Shown here piece by piece: positions 34,970-44,330 of a stretch of 64,000 nt of DNA. The notes below the pieces were generated by a model. It was not told where the DNA came from. It saw nothing but the letters and a program-made list of their open reading frames with translations, and did no database searches. How positions within the stretch are numbered: position 1 is the stretch's first letter; every line of letters starts with the position of its first letter. Source of the stretch: Candidatus Bathyarchaeia archaeon (lineage in GTDB: Archaea > Thermoproteota > Bathyarchaeia > Bathyarchaeales > Bathycorpusculaceae). The stretch lies in the NCBI GenBank assembly GCA_038882655.1, contig JAVZNT010000001.1, positions 122,576 to 186,575 on the forward strand. Reading direction: 5' to 3'. The translations under genes were made by a program, and so were the position numbers.

Positions 34970-35632
34970 TTGGCTGAAAAAGATAAGATTGAAGAGGAAA
35001 CAAGTGTAAGTGTAGAAGAAGAGCTCTTATTGCCTAGGGACACGCTTCTCTCAGCTGGAATACACATTGGAACTAGAATGAAGACCAAAGACATGGAGCA
35101 GTTCATATATCGCATTAGACCAGACGGCCTATTTGTTTTGGACGTGAAAAAGACTGATGAGCGCATAAGAGTGGCCGCCAAATTCTTGGCAAGGTTTGAA
35201 CCTTCAAGGATAGCTGCTGCCGCTGCGAGGCTATATGCACAAGAACCAGTGAAAAAGTTCTGCGAGGCAATTGGCGCAACCCCAATTGTTGGACGCTTCA
35301 TTCCTGGATTGCTTTCAAACCCGCTCTACCCCAACCGCATTGAACCCAATGTGCTGATAGTTTCAGACCCCCGGGCAGATTCTCAAGCTGTGAGGGAGGC
35401 AGCCTCAGTAGGCGTTCCGGTGATAGCTTTATGCAGCACAGACAACGACTTTTCTGGAGTTGACCTAGTAATACCCACGAATAACAAGGGCAGAAGAGCC
35501 TTAGCAGTTATTTACTGGCTTCTTGCGAGGCAAGTTTTACGTGAAAAGGGAGAGCTTCCACTAGACAAGGACATGTCGCTAACTATTGAGGATTTTGAAG
35601 CTAAAATCTCAAAAGAGGAAGAGGAGAGCTAG
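34970..35632 (+). CDS. rps2: 30S ribosomal protein S2
   Basis: AGIHIGT, GRFIPG, IPTNNKG. Confidence 0.97.
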   Translation: MAEKDKIEEETSVSVEEELLLPRDTLLSAGIHIGTRMKTKDMEQFIYRIRPDGLFVLDVKKTDERIRVAAKFLARFEPSRIAAAAARLYAQEPVKKFCEAIGATPIVGRFIPGLLSNPLYPNRIEPNVLIVSDPRADSQAVREAASVGVPVIALCSTDNDFSGVDLVIPTNNKGRRALAVIYWLLARQVLREKGELPLDKDMSLTIEDFEAKISKEEEES

Positions 35633-35637
35633 CCGTA

Positions 35638-36486
35638 ATGGTGAAGATTCGGCTTCCAAGCCAGGCTGGAGCCTTCTACGCTGGAAAAGCCGAATCGTTG
35701 AAGAGGCAAATTGAAGAATGTTTTCTTCATAAGCTGGGACCCGGCAAAATTCCAACAGTTGTTGAGGGGCCAAGGCGCATAGTTGGGCTTATTTGTCCCC
35801 ATGCTGGATATATGTATTCTGGACCAGTAGCAGCCCACGCATATTACAGGTTGGCTTCTGATGGCAAGCCAGATATCGTGGTTCTTTTTGGTCCGAATCA
35901 CACGGGTTATGGCAGTGCCTTGGCTTTGATGAATGAAGGTTTTTGGCGCACGCCACTAGGCGATGTTGAGGTAGACGGGGAAACAGCCAACAAAATTGTT
36001 AAAGAAGCTCGCACCGTTGATGTTGATGATTCCGCCCATCGATATGAGCATTCCATTGAAGTGCAGCTTCCATTTCTGCAATATCTTTTCGGCTCAGCAT
36101 TCAAAATTGTGCCCATAGGCTTTTTAATGCAGGATTTGCACTCTGCAAGAGAAGTTGGACAAGCTGTTGCAAAAGTTGTAGCTGGAAAAAACGCCTTAAT
36201 TATAGCTTCTTCAGATATGACCCACTACGAGCCGCAGAGAATCGCTGAAAAGAAGGATATGTTGGCGCTTAAGGCTATTGAAGCGATGGAGGAGGAGCGC
36301 TTCTACTCCATAGTTGAAGAACACCGGATTACCGCGTGTGGTTATGGTCCCATAATTGCCCTCATTACAGCTGCAAAAACTTTGGATGCAAGAGAGGCAA
36401 AATTATTATGTTACAAGACCAGTGGAGATGTTACTGGCGACTACTCAGCTGTTGTTGGGTACGCCGCCGTGCAATTCACAAAATAG
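35638..36486 (+). CDS. MEMO1 family protein (AmmeMemoRadiSam system protein B)
   Basis: AGAFY, PHAGYMYSG, GPNH, EHSIEVQLPF, SSDMTHY, CGYGP, VVGYAA. Confidence 0.93.
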   Translation: MVKIRLPSQAGAFYAGKAESLKRQIEECFLHKLGPGKIPTVVEGPRRIVGLICPHAGYMYSGPVAAHAYYRLASDGKPDIVVLFGPNHTGYGSALALMNEGFWRTPLGDVEVDGETANKIVKEARTVDVDDSAHRYEHSIEVQLPFLQYLFGSAFKIVPIGFLMQDLHSAREVGQAVAKVVAGKNALIIASSDMTHYEPQRIAEKKDMLALKAIEAMEEERFYSIVEEHRITACGYGPIIALITAAKTLDAREAKLLCYKTSGDVTGDYSAVVGYAAVQFTK

Positions 36487-36495
36487 TGGTTTAGG

Positions 36496-37479
36496 ATGGG
36501 AGTTATTGCTTCGGCTCCCGCGAAAATAATACTTTTCGGAGAACACTTCGTCGTCTATGGTGAACCCGCCATTGTCCTAGCCATAGACAAAAGGGCCTAC
36601 GCGAAAGCAGAACTACGAGAGGATAAGAGGCTTTTTCTACGCTCTTTAAACCTAAATGTCGCCGGATTTTTTGAAAATGGAAACTTTAGGGTTGAAGAGG
36701 GAAGCCCAAAAGAGGCGAAAATGAAGCTTGAACCGCTTAAATGTGCTGTGGAAAAGGTTCTAGAAATTTCGGGTGAAAAGGTAGGTTTAAACATAGAGGT
36801 TAACTCAACAGTCCCCGTTGCCGCTGGTTTAGGGTCTTCAGCAGCTGTGGCTGCTGCTGTAGCTGCGGCTATCGGTGCATTATTAAATGTGAAAATTTCA
36901 AAGGAGGATGTTTTCCGCATAGCCTATGATGCTGAAAAAATCATGCATGGTACGCCTTCAGGCGTGGATCCGGCGATATCAACTTTTGGAGGCACACTGC
37001 TTTTCCAAATAGACACGGGATTTAAGCCTTTGGATGTTAAGGCGGACATACCGCTTGTTATAGGCAATACTGGTGTTGAAAGATCAACGCGGAGTCAAGT
37101 GGCAAAGGTTCGAAGCTTAAAGGATCGTTACCCACAGATTGTTGAGCCTATGATGAGAGCTGCCCGTGAAATAGTCTTAAGAGCCATTGAAGCCCTAAAA
37201 GAAGGCGACTTGGAGACTGTTGGGGAATTGATGAACATAAACCACGCGTTGCTCTATGGATTAGGAGTTTCAGATGAGTCTCTGGAGTGGCTTATTAACG
37301 CTGCCCGTAAGGCAGGCGCGCTAGGCGCAAAACTGACTGGTGCGGGTGGCGGCGGGTGTATGATAGCCCTTGCAAGCAGGGATAGGGTTGGAAGTGTTTT
37401 GGAGGCTGTGCAAAGGGCTGGGGGAAATGCTTTCTTATCAAGAAAAACAGATGAGGGAGTTAGGATTGAGCCAGCCTAG
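36496..37479 (+). CDS. mvk: Mevalonate kinase
   Basis: PAKIILFGEHFVVYG, GLGSSAA, HGTPSGVD, GAKLTGAGGGG. Confidence 0.95.
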   Translation: MGVIASAPAKIILFGEHFVVYGEPAIVLAIDKRAYAKAELREDKRLFLRSLNLNVAGFFENGNFRVEEGSPKEAKMKLEPLKCAVEKVLEISGEKVGLNIEVNSTVPVAAGLGSSAAVAAAVAAAIGALLNVKISKEDVFRIAYDAEKIMHGTPSGVDPAISTFGGTLLFQIDTGFKPLDVKADIPLVIGNTGVERSTRSQVAKVRSLKDRYPQIVEPMMRAAREIVLRAIEALKEGDLETVGELMNINHALLYGLGVSDESLEWLINAARKAGALGAKLTGAGGGGCMIALASRDRVGSVLEAVQRAGGNAFLSRKTDEGVRIEPA

Positions 37480-38266
37480 ACCAACAGTTTTGAAGATAGG
37501 CGGCTCCGTCATAACAGACAAGAGTAAAGAGCTGGGCGTTCAAATGGAAACCATAAGCCGAATAGCAGATGAAATACTTGAAGCAAACACTAAAGACTTG
37601 ATAATTGTACATGGCGGCGGAAGTTTTGGTCACCCAGTGGCGCAAAAACACGCCATAAAAGAGGGCTTTAAGGAAGAGTCTCAAATAATAGGGTTTGCAG
37701 AAACTCACCATGTCATGACTGTGCTTAATGGACTTTTCATGGATGCCTTAATATGGCGGGGTATCCCAGCAGTGAGCATCACGCCTTCTTCATGTACAAT
37801 GACAAAAAATGGCAGAATAACGTGTTTCGAGGATTCTCCCCTAAAACAGCTTATAAAAATGGGGTTTATTCCAGTTCTTTACGGAGACGCCGTTTTTGAT
37901 ACAAAGTTGGGCTTCACAATATTATCTGGAGACCAGCTCATCGCCTTCTTAGCCATGCGGTTCAACGCAAAAAACATTGTAGTCGGCGTTGATGTAGATG
38001 GATTATATGATGCTGACCCAAAGACAAATGAGAAAGCCAAAATGTTCGACCGTTTAACTTTAGATGAGCTTAAAGACATTCAGAAACTTCTTGGCGGGTC
38101 AAACGCATGTGACGTGACTGGGGGGATGGCAAATAAAATTGCTGAGCTTATACCCGCGATAGAGAACGGTATTCCCGTTTTAATTGTAAATGCTACAAAG
38201 TCCAAATATATCTATAAAGCCCTTAAGGGAGAACGGGTTAAGGGCACACTTATAGAGAAGGAATAA
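37466..38266 (+). CDS. ipk: Isopentenyl phosphate kinase
   Basis: LKIGGSVITDK, VHGGGSFGH, PVLYGD, SGD, DVTGGM. Confidence 0.93.
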   Translation: MSQPRPTVLKIGGSVITDKSKELGVQMETISRIADEILEANTKDLIIVHGGGSFGHPVAQKHAIKEGFKEESQIIGFAETHHVMTVLNGLFMDALIWRGIPAVSITPSSCTMTKNGRITCFEDSPLKQLIKMGFIPVLYGDAVFDTKLGFTILSGDQLIAFLAMRFNAKNIVVGVDVDGLYDADPKTNEKAKMFDRLTLDELKDIQKLLGGSNACDVTGGMANKIAELIPAIENGIPVLIVNATKSKYIYKALKGERVKGTLIEKE

Positions 38267-38269
38267 GGT

Positions 38270-39379
38270 TTGGCTGAAAAAACAAGAAAGCGTAAGGCAG
38301 ACCACATCCGCATAGCCACAACCTACAATGTCCAAGCAAAAGACATCACAACAGGATTTGAAGACGTGCACTTTGTTCACAGAGCCCTACCGGAAATCGA
38401 TAAGGACAAGATAAATCTTTCAACCACAGTTTTCAACCACAAGTTTTCTGCACCAATAATAGTAAGCGCCATAACTGGCGGAACAAGCGAAGCTAGGAAA
38501 ATTAACGCAACAATAGCCACCGTTGTTGAAGAATTTGGGCTGGGAATGGGTGTTGGAAGTCAAAGGGCAGCATTGGAAGATCGGAGGCTTGAGAAAACTT
38601 TTGCAATAGTTAGGAAAAGGGCGCCTACAGCCTTCTTGATGGCGAACATCGGCGGAATCCAACTTGCCAAAGGATACAACATTAAAGAGGCAAAGAAAGC
38701 CATAGAAATGATTGATGCTGACGCCTTAGCCATACACTTGAACCCTCTCCAAGAGGCTGTACAGCCAGAGGGGGAAACAAGCTTCAAAGGAGTTCTCGAA
38801 AAGATAGGTGAAATTGCCGAAGAAATCGCTAAGCCAGTCATTGTAAAGGAAACCGGGGCAGGTATAGCTTCTGAGGAAGCGAAAAAGCTTGAAGCTGCGG
38901 GTGTAAAAGGCATTGATATAAGCGGTGCCGGAGGCACAAGCTTTGCTGCGGTTGAGTATTTCCGTGCAAAGGGTAGAAAAAACGCTTACAACCGGAGGCT
39001 GGGTGAAGTTTTTTGGGACTGGGGAATACCGACGGCGATAAGCATAGTTGAAGCCTCACAGACGATTAGCATCCCAATTATAGCCTCTGGTGGAGTGCGC
39101 AGTGGATTAGATGCTGCTAAAACCCTAGCTTTGGGAGCAAGCCTCGCTGCTCTTGCGCAACCAGTTTTGCAGGCGGCTGTTGAAGGCATCAGACAAACGA
39201 GGAAAATGTTGCACATATTGATAGAAGAGCTTAGGAATACAATGTTCCTCGTTGGAGCAGAAAATACTCAACAAATGCGCAAAGCGCCCCTCGTAATCGT
39301 TGGGAAAACGGCTGAGTGGCTAAGGTTAAGGGGCTTTGACATTGAGGTTTATTCAAGAAGGAGTGAGGGACAAACTTGA
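38270..39379 (+). CDS. fni: Type 2 isopentenyl-diphosphate delta-isomerase
   Basis: RKADH, TGG, GVGSQR, HLNPLQE.VQPEG, KETG, GAGGTS, WGIPT. Confidence 0.96.
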   Translation: MAEKTRKRKADHIRIATTYNVQAKDITTGFEDVHFVHRALPEIDKDKINLSTTVFNHKFSAPIIVSAITGGTSEARKINATIATVVEEFGLGMGVGSQRAALEDRRLEKTFAIVRKRAPTAFLMANIGGIQLAKGYNIKEAKKAIEMIDADALAIHLNPLQEAVQPEGETSFKGVLEKIGEIAEEIAKPVIVKETGAGIASEEAKKLEAAGVKGIDISGAGGTSFAAVEYFRAKGRKNAYNRRLGEVFWDWGIPTAISIVEASQTISIPIIASGGVRSGLDAAKTLALGASLAALAQPVLQAAVEGIRQTRKMLHILIEELRNTMFLVGAENTQQMRKAPLVIVGKTAEWLRLRGFDIEVYSRRSEGQT

Positions 39380-40452
39380 GCATACAGATTGAGAAACTTC
39401 TCGAGGAAAAGGCATCCATCATAAATAAGGCTATTGAGAAATACATCCCGAGAATTTTCTCAAGAGAAGCCATCATCTTTAAGGTTAGCCCGCCTAAGTA
39501 TGCCTACAACGTTGAAGCAATAAACAAGGCTGTGGCTGAACCAGTTTGGGAGTTCTTAGATAGGGGTGGAAAAAGATGGCGCCCAACTCTATTTCTACTT
39601 ATATGTGAAGCTTTGGGCAAAAACCCAGAGGATTATGTAGATTACGCCATAATTCCCGAAGTTGTGCATAACGGAACCTTGATGATAGACGACATTGAAG
39701 ATGCTTCTGAATTTCGTAGAGGGAAACCATGCACCTACAAAATTTACGGTTTAGACATAGCCATAAATGCTGGCAACGCCATGTACTACCTCCCGCTGTT
39801 GCCACTAATGGAAAACCGTGAAAAACTGGGTTCCGAGAAGCTGGCGAGGATTTATGAGATTTACGTGCAGGAGATGATAAACCTCAGCCTAGGACAAGCC
39901 ATGGACATAGCTTGGCACAAGGGCTTGGCGAACGCCGACCAGCTAGGAGAAGAAGACTATTTGCAGATGTGCGCCTACAAAACCGGAACCTTGGCGAGGA
40001 TGGCTGCCAAAATCGCCGCCGTAGTAGCTGATGCCTCCGACAAGCTTGTTGAAAAGCTTGGACACTTTGCAGAAAGCATAGGAGTAGCCTTTCAGATACA
40101 GGATGATGTACTGGATTTGACGGGGGAAGAGTTTGCTGAGAAAAAAGGTGGACGTGGGCAAGACATAACAGAAGGAAAGCGCACTCTTATAGTGATTCAC
40201 ACATTGAAGGTTGCAAATGCCGAGGACAGAAAAAGGCTGACTGAGATTCTGAAGATGCACACTTCAGACCAAAAGTTAAGGGATGAAGCAATAGCAATAA
40301 TGCAAAAGTACGGTTCAATCGAGTATGCAAAAAAATTTGCAAGAAAAATTGTTGAAGAAAGCTGGAAAGAAGTGGAGAAACTTCTTCCAGAAACAGAGGC
40401 AAAGGAAAAGTTAAGCGCCTTTGCAAGATTCCTTATTGAAAGAAAAATTTGA
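39376..40452 (+). CDS. idsA: Geranylgeranyl diphosphate synthase (polyprenyl synthetase)
   Basis: GGKRWRP, DDIED..RRG, GQAMD, KTG, FQIQDDVLD. Confidence 0.92.
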   Translation: MSIQIEKLLEEKASIINKAIEKYIPRIFSREAIIFKVSPPKYAYNVEAINKAVAEPVWEFLDRGGKRWRPTLFLLICEALGKNPEDYVDYAIIPEVVHNGTLMIDDIEDASEFRRGKPCTYKIYGLDIAINAGNAMYYLPLLPLMENREKLGSEKLARIYEIYVQEMINLSLGQAMDIAWHKGLANADQLGEEDYLQMCAYKTGTLARMAAKIAAVVADASDKLVEKLGHFAESIGVAFQIQDDVLDLTGEEFAEKKGGRGQDITEGKRTLIVIHTLKVANAEDRKRLTEILKMHTSDQKLRDEAIAIMQKYGSIEYAKKFARKIVEESWKEVEKLLPETEAKEKLSAFARFLIERKI

Positions 40453-40467
40453 AACGTGTGCTAAACC

Positions 40468-42228
40468 TTGAATGAAATTAGAGAGGAAACGGAATTAAGA
40501 GAGACCATTCGAAAGTTTGCGTTACTAAATGCCATAAAGCATGACGGAAAAGCTCAGATAGGACCGGTTGTGGGGAAGGTTTTAGCTGAAAGACCCGAAT
40601 TGCGAACTAGGGCAAGGGAGCTAACAGCCCTAATAAAAGAGGTTGTCGATGAAGTTAACAGCCTCGCGTTAAGCGACCAGATGCACATTGTGGAGGAGAA
40701 GTGGCCGGAAACTCTTGCAAAAGAAAAAGTTGGAGAAGAGGAGAAGAGGCTTCCTCCATTACCAAACGTTGACAAGTACAAGGAAATTGTCACACGTTTC
40801 TCGCCAAACCCCGACTGTGTCCTGCATCTAGGATCTGCCAGAGCCATAGTACTCTGTTATGAATATGCACGCATGTACAATGGCAAGTTCATTTTACGCT
40901 TCGAGGATACCGACCCCAAGCTGAAAAGGCCTGTTCTTGAGTTCTATGACAGAATTAGGGAAGACCTAGAATGGCTCGGATGCAAACCGGATGAAGAATA
41001 TATTCAAAGCGATAGAATTCCCATATACTATGAATATGCAAAACGATTACTTGAGGGCGGAAACGCTTACGTTTGCACATGCCAACCGCAAGCCTTCAGA
41101 GAAAAAGTGCTAGCCCAAAAGCCTTGTCCATGCCGCGACCTACCGCCGGAGGAACACCTTGAAAGATGGAGCCGCATGCTTGAAGGCACATACAAAGAAG
41201 GTGAAGCCGTAGTACGTGTTAAAACTGACTTGACCCATCCAAACCCAGCCGTTAGAGATTGGCCGGCCCTCCGCGTAATAGACATCGAACAGTACCCACA
41301 TCCAAGGGTTGGAACAAGATATCGTGTCTGGCCGCTTTACAATTTTGCGTGTGGATTGGACGACCATTTGATGGGCATAACCCACATAATACGAGGCAAA
41401 GAACACTTGACAAACATGGTTCGGCAAGAATACATGTATAGACATCTGAGTTGGCGTTATCCAGAGGCAATCCATTACGGCAGACTAAAAATTAAGGGCG
41501 CACATTTGAGCAAGTCGAAAATCGTCCAAGGGATAAGGGAAGGCCTATACAAGGGATGGGATGACCCTAGGTTGGCAACATTTACAGCACTAAGAAAGCG
41601 TGGGATAACCCCAGCAGCCATCAAGAGGCTCATAATTGATGTTGGTCCGAAAACTTCTGACGTTATTTTAAGCTGGGAAAACCTTTATGCTTACAACCGC
41701 AAAATCTTAGACCCAAAAGTGAACAGGTACTTCTTTGTGCCAAACCCAATCCAGCTTTTGGTTAGGAGTATACCAAGAACATTTACGGTTAGGCTTCGCC
41801 TGCATCCAGAATATCCAGAAAGAGACTTCAAAGAATACGTCATAAGACCATCTGAGCCTGATGGCAAAGCCTTCTTTTGGATTTCAAAAACGGATTTGAA
41901 AAATTTGGCTGTGGGGAAAATTGTTCGGTTAATGGAGTTGTTCAATATAGGGATTGAACGAGTAGAAGCTTACTCAGTTGAAGCCACTTTCGAAAGCGAG
42001 TCTTATGAAGAGGCTAGAAAGGCTGAAGCCCCTCTAATTCATTGGGTGCCAATAGGAATGGACGTGCCTTGTCAAGTTGTAATGCCAGACGCCACCACAA
42101 CTGAGGGTATAGCTGAGAAAGCATGTAAGGACCTAAAGCTAAACGATGTGGTTCAGTTTGAAAGATTCGGCTTCGTAAGAATAGACAAAATTAATGCTAA
42201 AGTCACAGCATTTTACGCACATAAATAG
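40468..42228 (+). CDS. gltX: Glutamate--tRNA ligase
   Basis: RFSPNP..HLGS, LRFEDTDP, THIIRGKE, LSKS, WDDPRL, QFERFGF. Confidence 0.97.
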   Translation: MNEIREETELRETIRKFALLNAIKHDGKAQIGPVVGKVLAERPELRTRARELTALIKEVVDEVNSLALSDQMHIVEEKWPETLAKEKVGEEEKRLPPLPNVDKYKEIVTRFSPNPDCVLHLGSARAIVLCYEYARMYNGKFILRFEDTDPKLKRPVLEFYDRIREDLEWLGCKPDEEYIQSDRIPIYYEYAKRLLEGGNAYVCTCQPQAFREKVLAQKPCPCRDLPPEEHLERWSRMLEGTYKEGEAVVRVKTDLTHPNPAVRDWPALRVIDIEQYPHPRVGTRYRVWPLYNFACGLDDHLMGITHIIRGKEHLTNMVRQEYMYRHLSWRYPEAIHYGRLKIKGAHLSKSKIVQGIREGLYKGWDDPRLATFTALRKRGITPAAIKRLIIDVGPKTSDVILSWENLYAYNRKILDPKVNRYFFVPNPIQLLVRSIPRTFTVRLRLHPEYPERDFKEYVIRPSEPDGKAFFWISKTDLKNLAVGKIVRLMELFNIGIERVEAYSVEATFESESYEEARKAEAPLIHWVPIGMDVPCQVVMPDATTTEGIAEKACKDLKLNDVVQFERFGFVRIDKINAKVTAFYAHK

Positions 42229-42236
42229 GAGGATCC

Positions 42237-42548
42237 GTGATGCGTAAACAAGATAAGGTCATTTTGTGGCCGGCATATTTTGATTCAACAAAAACGAGGG
42301 GGGCAGGTAGGAAAATACCGAAGATTTTGGCTGTGCCTTCGCCGAAAATCACGGAGCTTAAAGAGGCTGTGGAAAAGCTTGGGTTTGAATGTGAACTTAT
42401 GGTGGATGCGAGTTATTCGAAGACGCCTTGGCTTAAGACCGGCATGCTTTTGGTAGCCAAAAAAGAGGCGAAAAATCAGTTGCTTAAGAAGATTGCAAGG
42501 CAGTTGCAGAAAATTCGCGGTGCTGCAGTTGCAACGAAATCTGCTTAG
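42237..42548 (+). CDS. srp19: Signal recognition particle protein Srp19
   Basis: ILWPAYFDS.KTR..GRKIP, Y.KTPW..TG. Confidence 0.92.
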   Translation: MMRKQDKVILWPAYFDSTKTRGAGRKIPKILAVPSPKITELKEAVEKLGFECELMVDASYSKTPWLKTGMLLVAKKEAKNQLLKKIARQLQKIRGAAVATKSA

Positions 42549-42558
42549 CCTTTAGCTG

Positions 42559-42963
42559 TTAGCCTGCTTCTTCTTCGCCTATTAAAACAGCATTTATTAC
42601 ACCATTTTGACCGGGACGGGATGTTACGCGCGCCAAGCCCAGCGACGTCTCCATTATGGCGCCTTTTGTTATTACGCCCCTTCTGTCATAGTCAACATTC
42701 GCTGGATTTTTGACAACCCGCAGAATTTCAGCTTTTTCCGTTTTGCCAGTTTTTTGGCCTGTTACACACGCGTATTTTTCGCTTAAAACTTTTATTTTGA
42801 TGTTGCCGCCTCTTCCCCCCTCAATTTTTCTTTTAGGCTCGCCCAAAAATGTTTCCACTGGAAATGAGCCCTGCTCAAATCTTCTTTTCCCACGGTATGG
42901 TTGTCTTTTTCCTCCCGTGGGTTTCTTCTTGTGTAGGTCACCGTGCCAAACGGACATTCTCAT
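42559..42963 (-). CDS. rps8e: 30S ribosomal protein S8e
   Basis: KKPTGGK, RGGN, NPAN..YDRRGVITKG, TSRPGQNG. Confidence 0.96.
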   Translation of the reverse strand: MRMSVWHGDLHKKKPTGGKRQPYRGKRRFEQGSFPVETFLGEPKRKIEGGRGGNIKIKVLSEKYACVTGQKTGKTEKAEILRVVKNPANVDYDRRGVITKGAIMETSLGLARVTSRPGQNGVINAVLIGEEEAG

Positions 42964-43044
42964 CCTCTCTTTTAGCGATTAACGCCTTATAGGCTTGTTC
43001 ACTATCACGCTAATTTGCATATAAACCTATCCATCTCAAAAATT

Positions 43045-43659
43045 CTATAGGTTTAGAATTGAGCTTTGGGTTGTGTCTTCTGGAGTTTTTTCTCCCTCTA
43101 GAATCTTTTTCAGCTCCCTTTTCATCGTTGGGATGTCGTGGCTTAAACCAAAATAGTCGGCAAAGTATTCCGTCGTCTTCAAAATGGAGGCACGTCCCTT
43201 CCGCTCCACAGCGACTAAGCCCATTTCCTTAAGCAGTTTAATATGCCCATAGGCGTGATGACCCCGAACCTCCACAACCCGTTTTTGGGAGACTGGTTGT
43301 CTTAAGGCTATATAAGAAAGCGTCTTCAAAGGGCCAGTTGAGAGCAGCGGCCTCTTGACAAGCTTTCGAACATGTGGCGTAAATTCTGCTTTCAGTTGTA
43401 AAACAAATCTTTCATCCTTTAATTCAAGAATCTCAAGGGCTGTATCCCTCTTGGCATATTCTTGTGCTAGTATCTTTACAAGTCTCTTAGCCTTATTTTT
43501 TGAGCGTGTTTTCAAAACTGAGCATAACTCTGAAAGGTCTAGAGGGCGACCGGCAACGTATAGAGCAGCCTCAACTAGTGCAAGGTTGCTGATGGATTTT
43601 CCCTGCTTGATTTGCGAATCTTCTGCTGCGTTACGGGGTTGGACTTTCATCTCCTGCAT
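43045..43659 (-). CDS. scpB: SMC-Scp complex subunit ScpB
   Basis: VEAALY, LKTLSYIA.RQPV, RG..AYGHIK.L, TTEYFADYFGL. Confidence 0.92.
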   Translation of the reverse strand: MQEMKVQPRNAAEDSQIKQGKSISNLALVEAALYVAGRPLDLSELCSVLKTRSKNKAKRLVKILAQEYAKRDTALEILELKDERFVLQLKAEFTPHVRKLVKRPLLSTGPLKTLSYIALRQPVSQKRVVEVRGHHAYGHIKLLKEMGLVAVERKGRASILKTTEYFADYFGLSHDIPTMKRELKKILEGEKTPEDTTQSSILNL

Positions 43660-44329
43660 TGTCTGTTCCTCCAATTGTGATGTATATTTCTTCTGTTTCT
43701 TCGTCTTGCCACAAGCTTACTTTTCCCTCTTGAGCTAGGAAGAGTAGGAGAATGAAGGCGCGTATGGCTTCTAGGCGCGCCAACCCCTTAATTATGGTTG
43801 AGAACTGGATTATTCCGGCGCCCTTCACCATTTCGGAAAGAGACTTGTAAAGCTTTCCCATTTGAAGCTCTATTTCCATGAGATAGTAGTCTATTTGTGG
43901 GAAAATTTCAGAAGGGGTCGGCAGAATAGGCTCGGCTGGAACTTTCTCCATACGGAAAAGCGTCTCCCCCTTCAAAACGTCGTCCAACACTTCTAGTAGA
44001 TGGCGTATAGTTGTTGACGTCAACTCGTGTCTAAGCGGCAGAAAGAGCGGTGGAGGAATAAAGTCTAATGGTGGCTTTGGCGGTGGTGGCGGCTCCTCAA
44101 GTTTTAGGAGAAGCTTCGATTTCATCAGATATATGAGGGCTGAAGAGTCTAAGGCTACGCCTGAAGCCCTAAAATCAATCTGCCCGGTTTTTTCCATCTC
44201 TTCAAGGAAAGTTGTTAATAGATATGTGATGTTTATGTTCCATGGTGTGAGTTTCTCAAGTTTGTGGAACTCGAAGAGAATGTTCCATGGCGGGCGGAGA
44301 TAAAAGGGCTTTTTGATTGTTGTAGCCAT
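43631..44329 (-). CDS. scpA: Segregation/condensation protein A (kleisin ScpA)
   Basis: PWNINI, ...LMKSKLL, C-terminal FILLLFLAQEGKV.LWQ.E..EIYI; immediately downstream of smc. Confidence 0.9.
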   Translation of the reverse strand: MATTIKKPFYLRPPWNILFEFHKLEKLTPWNINITYLLTTFLEEMEKTGQIDFRASGVALDSSALIYLMKSKLLLKLEEPPPPPKPPLDFIPPPLFLPLRHELTSTTIRHLLEVLDDVLKGETLFRMEKVPAEPILPTPSEIFPQIDYYLMEIELQMGKLYKSLSEMVKGAGIIQFSTIIKGLARLEAIRAFILLLFLAQEGKVSLWQDEETEEIYITIGGTDNAGDESPTP

Positions 44330-44330
44330 T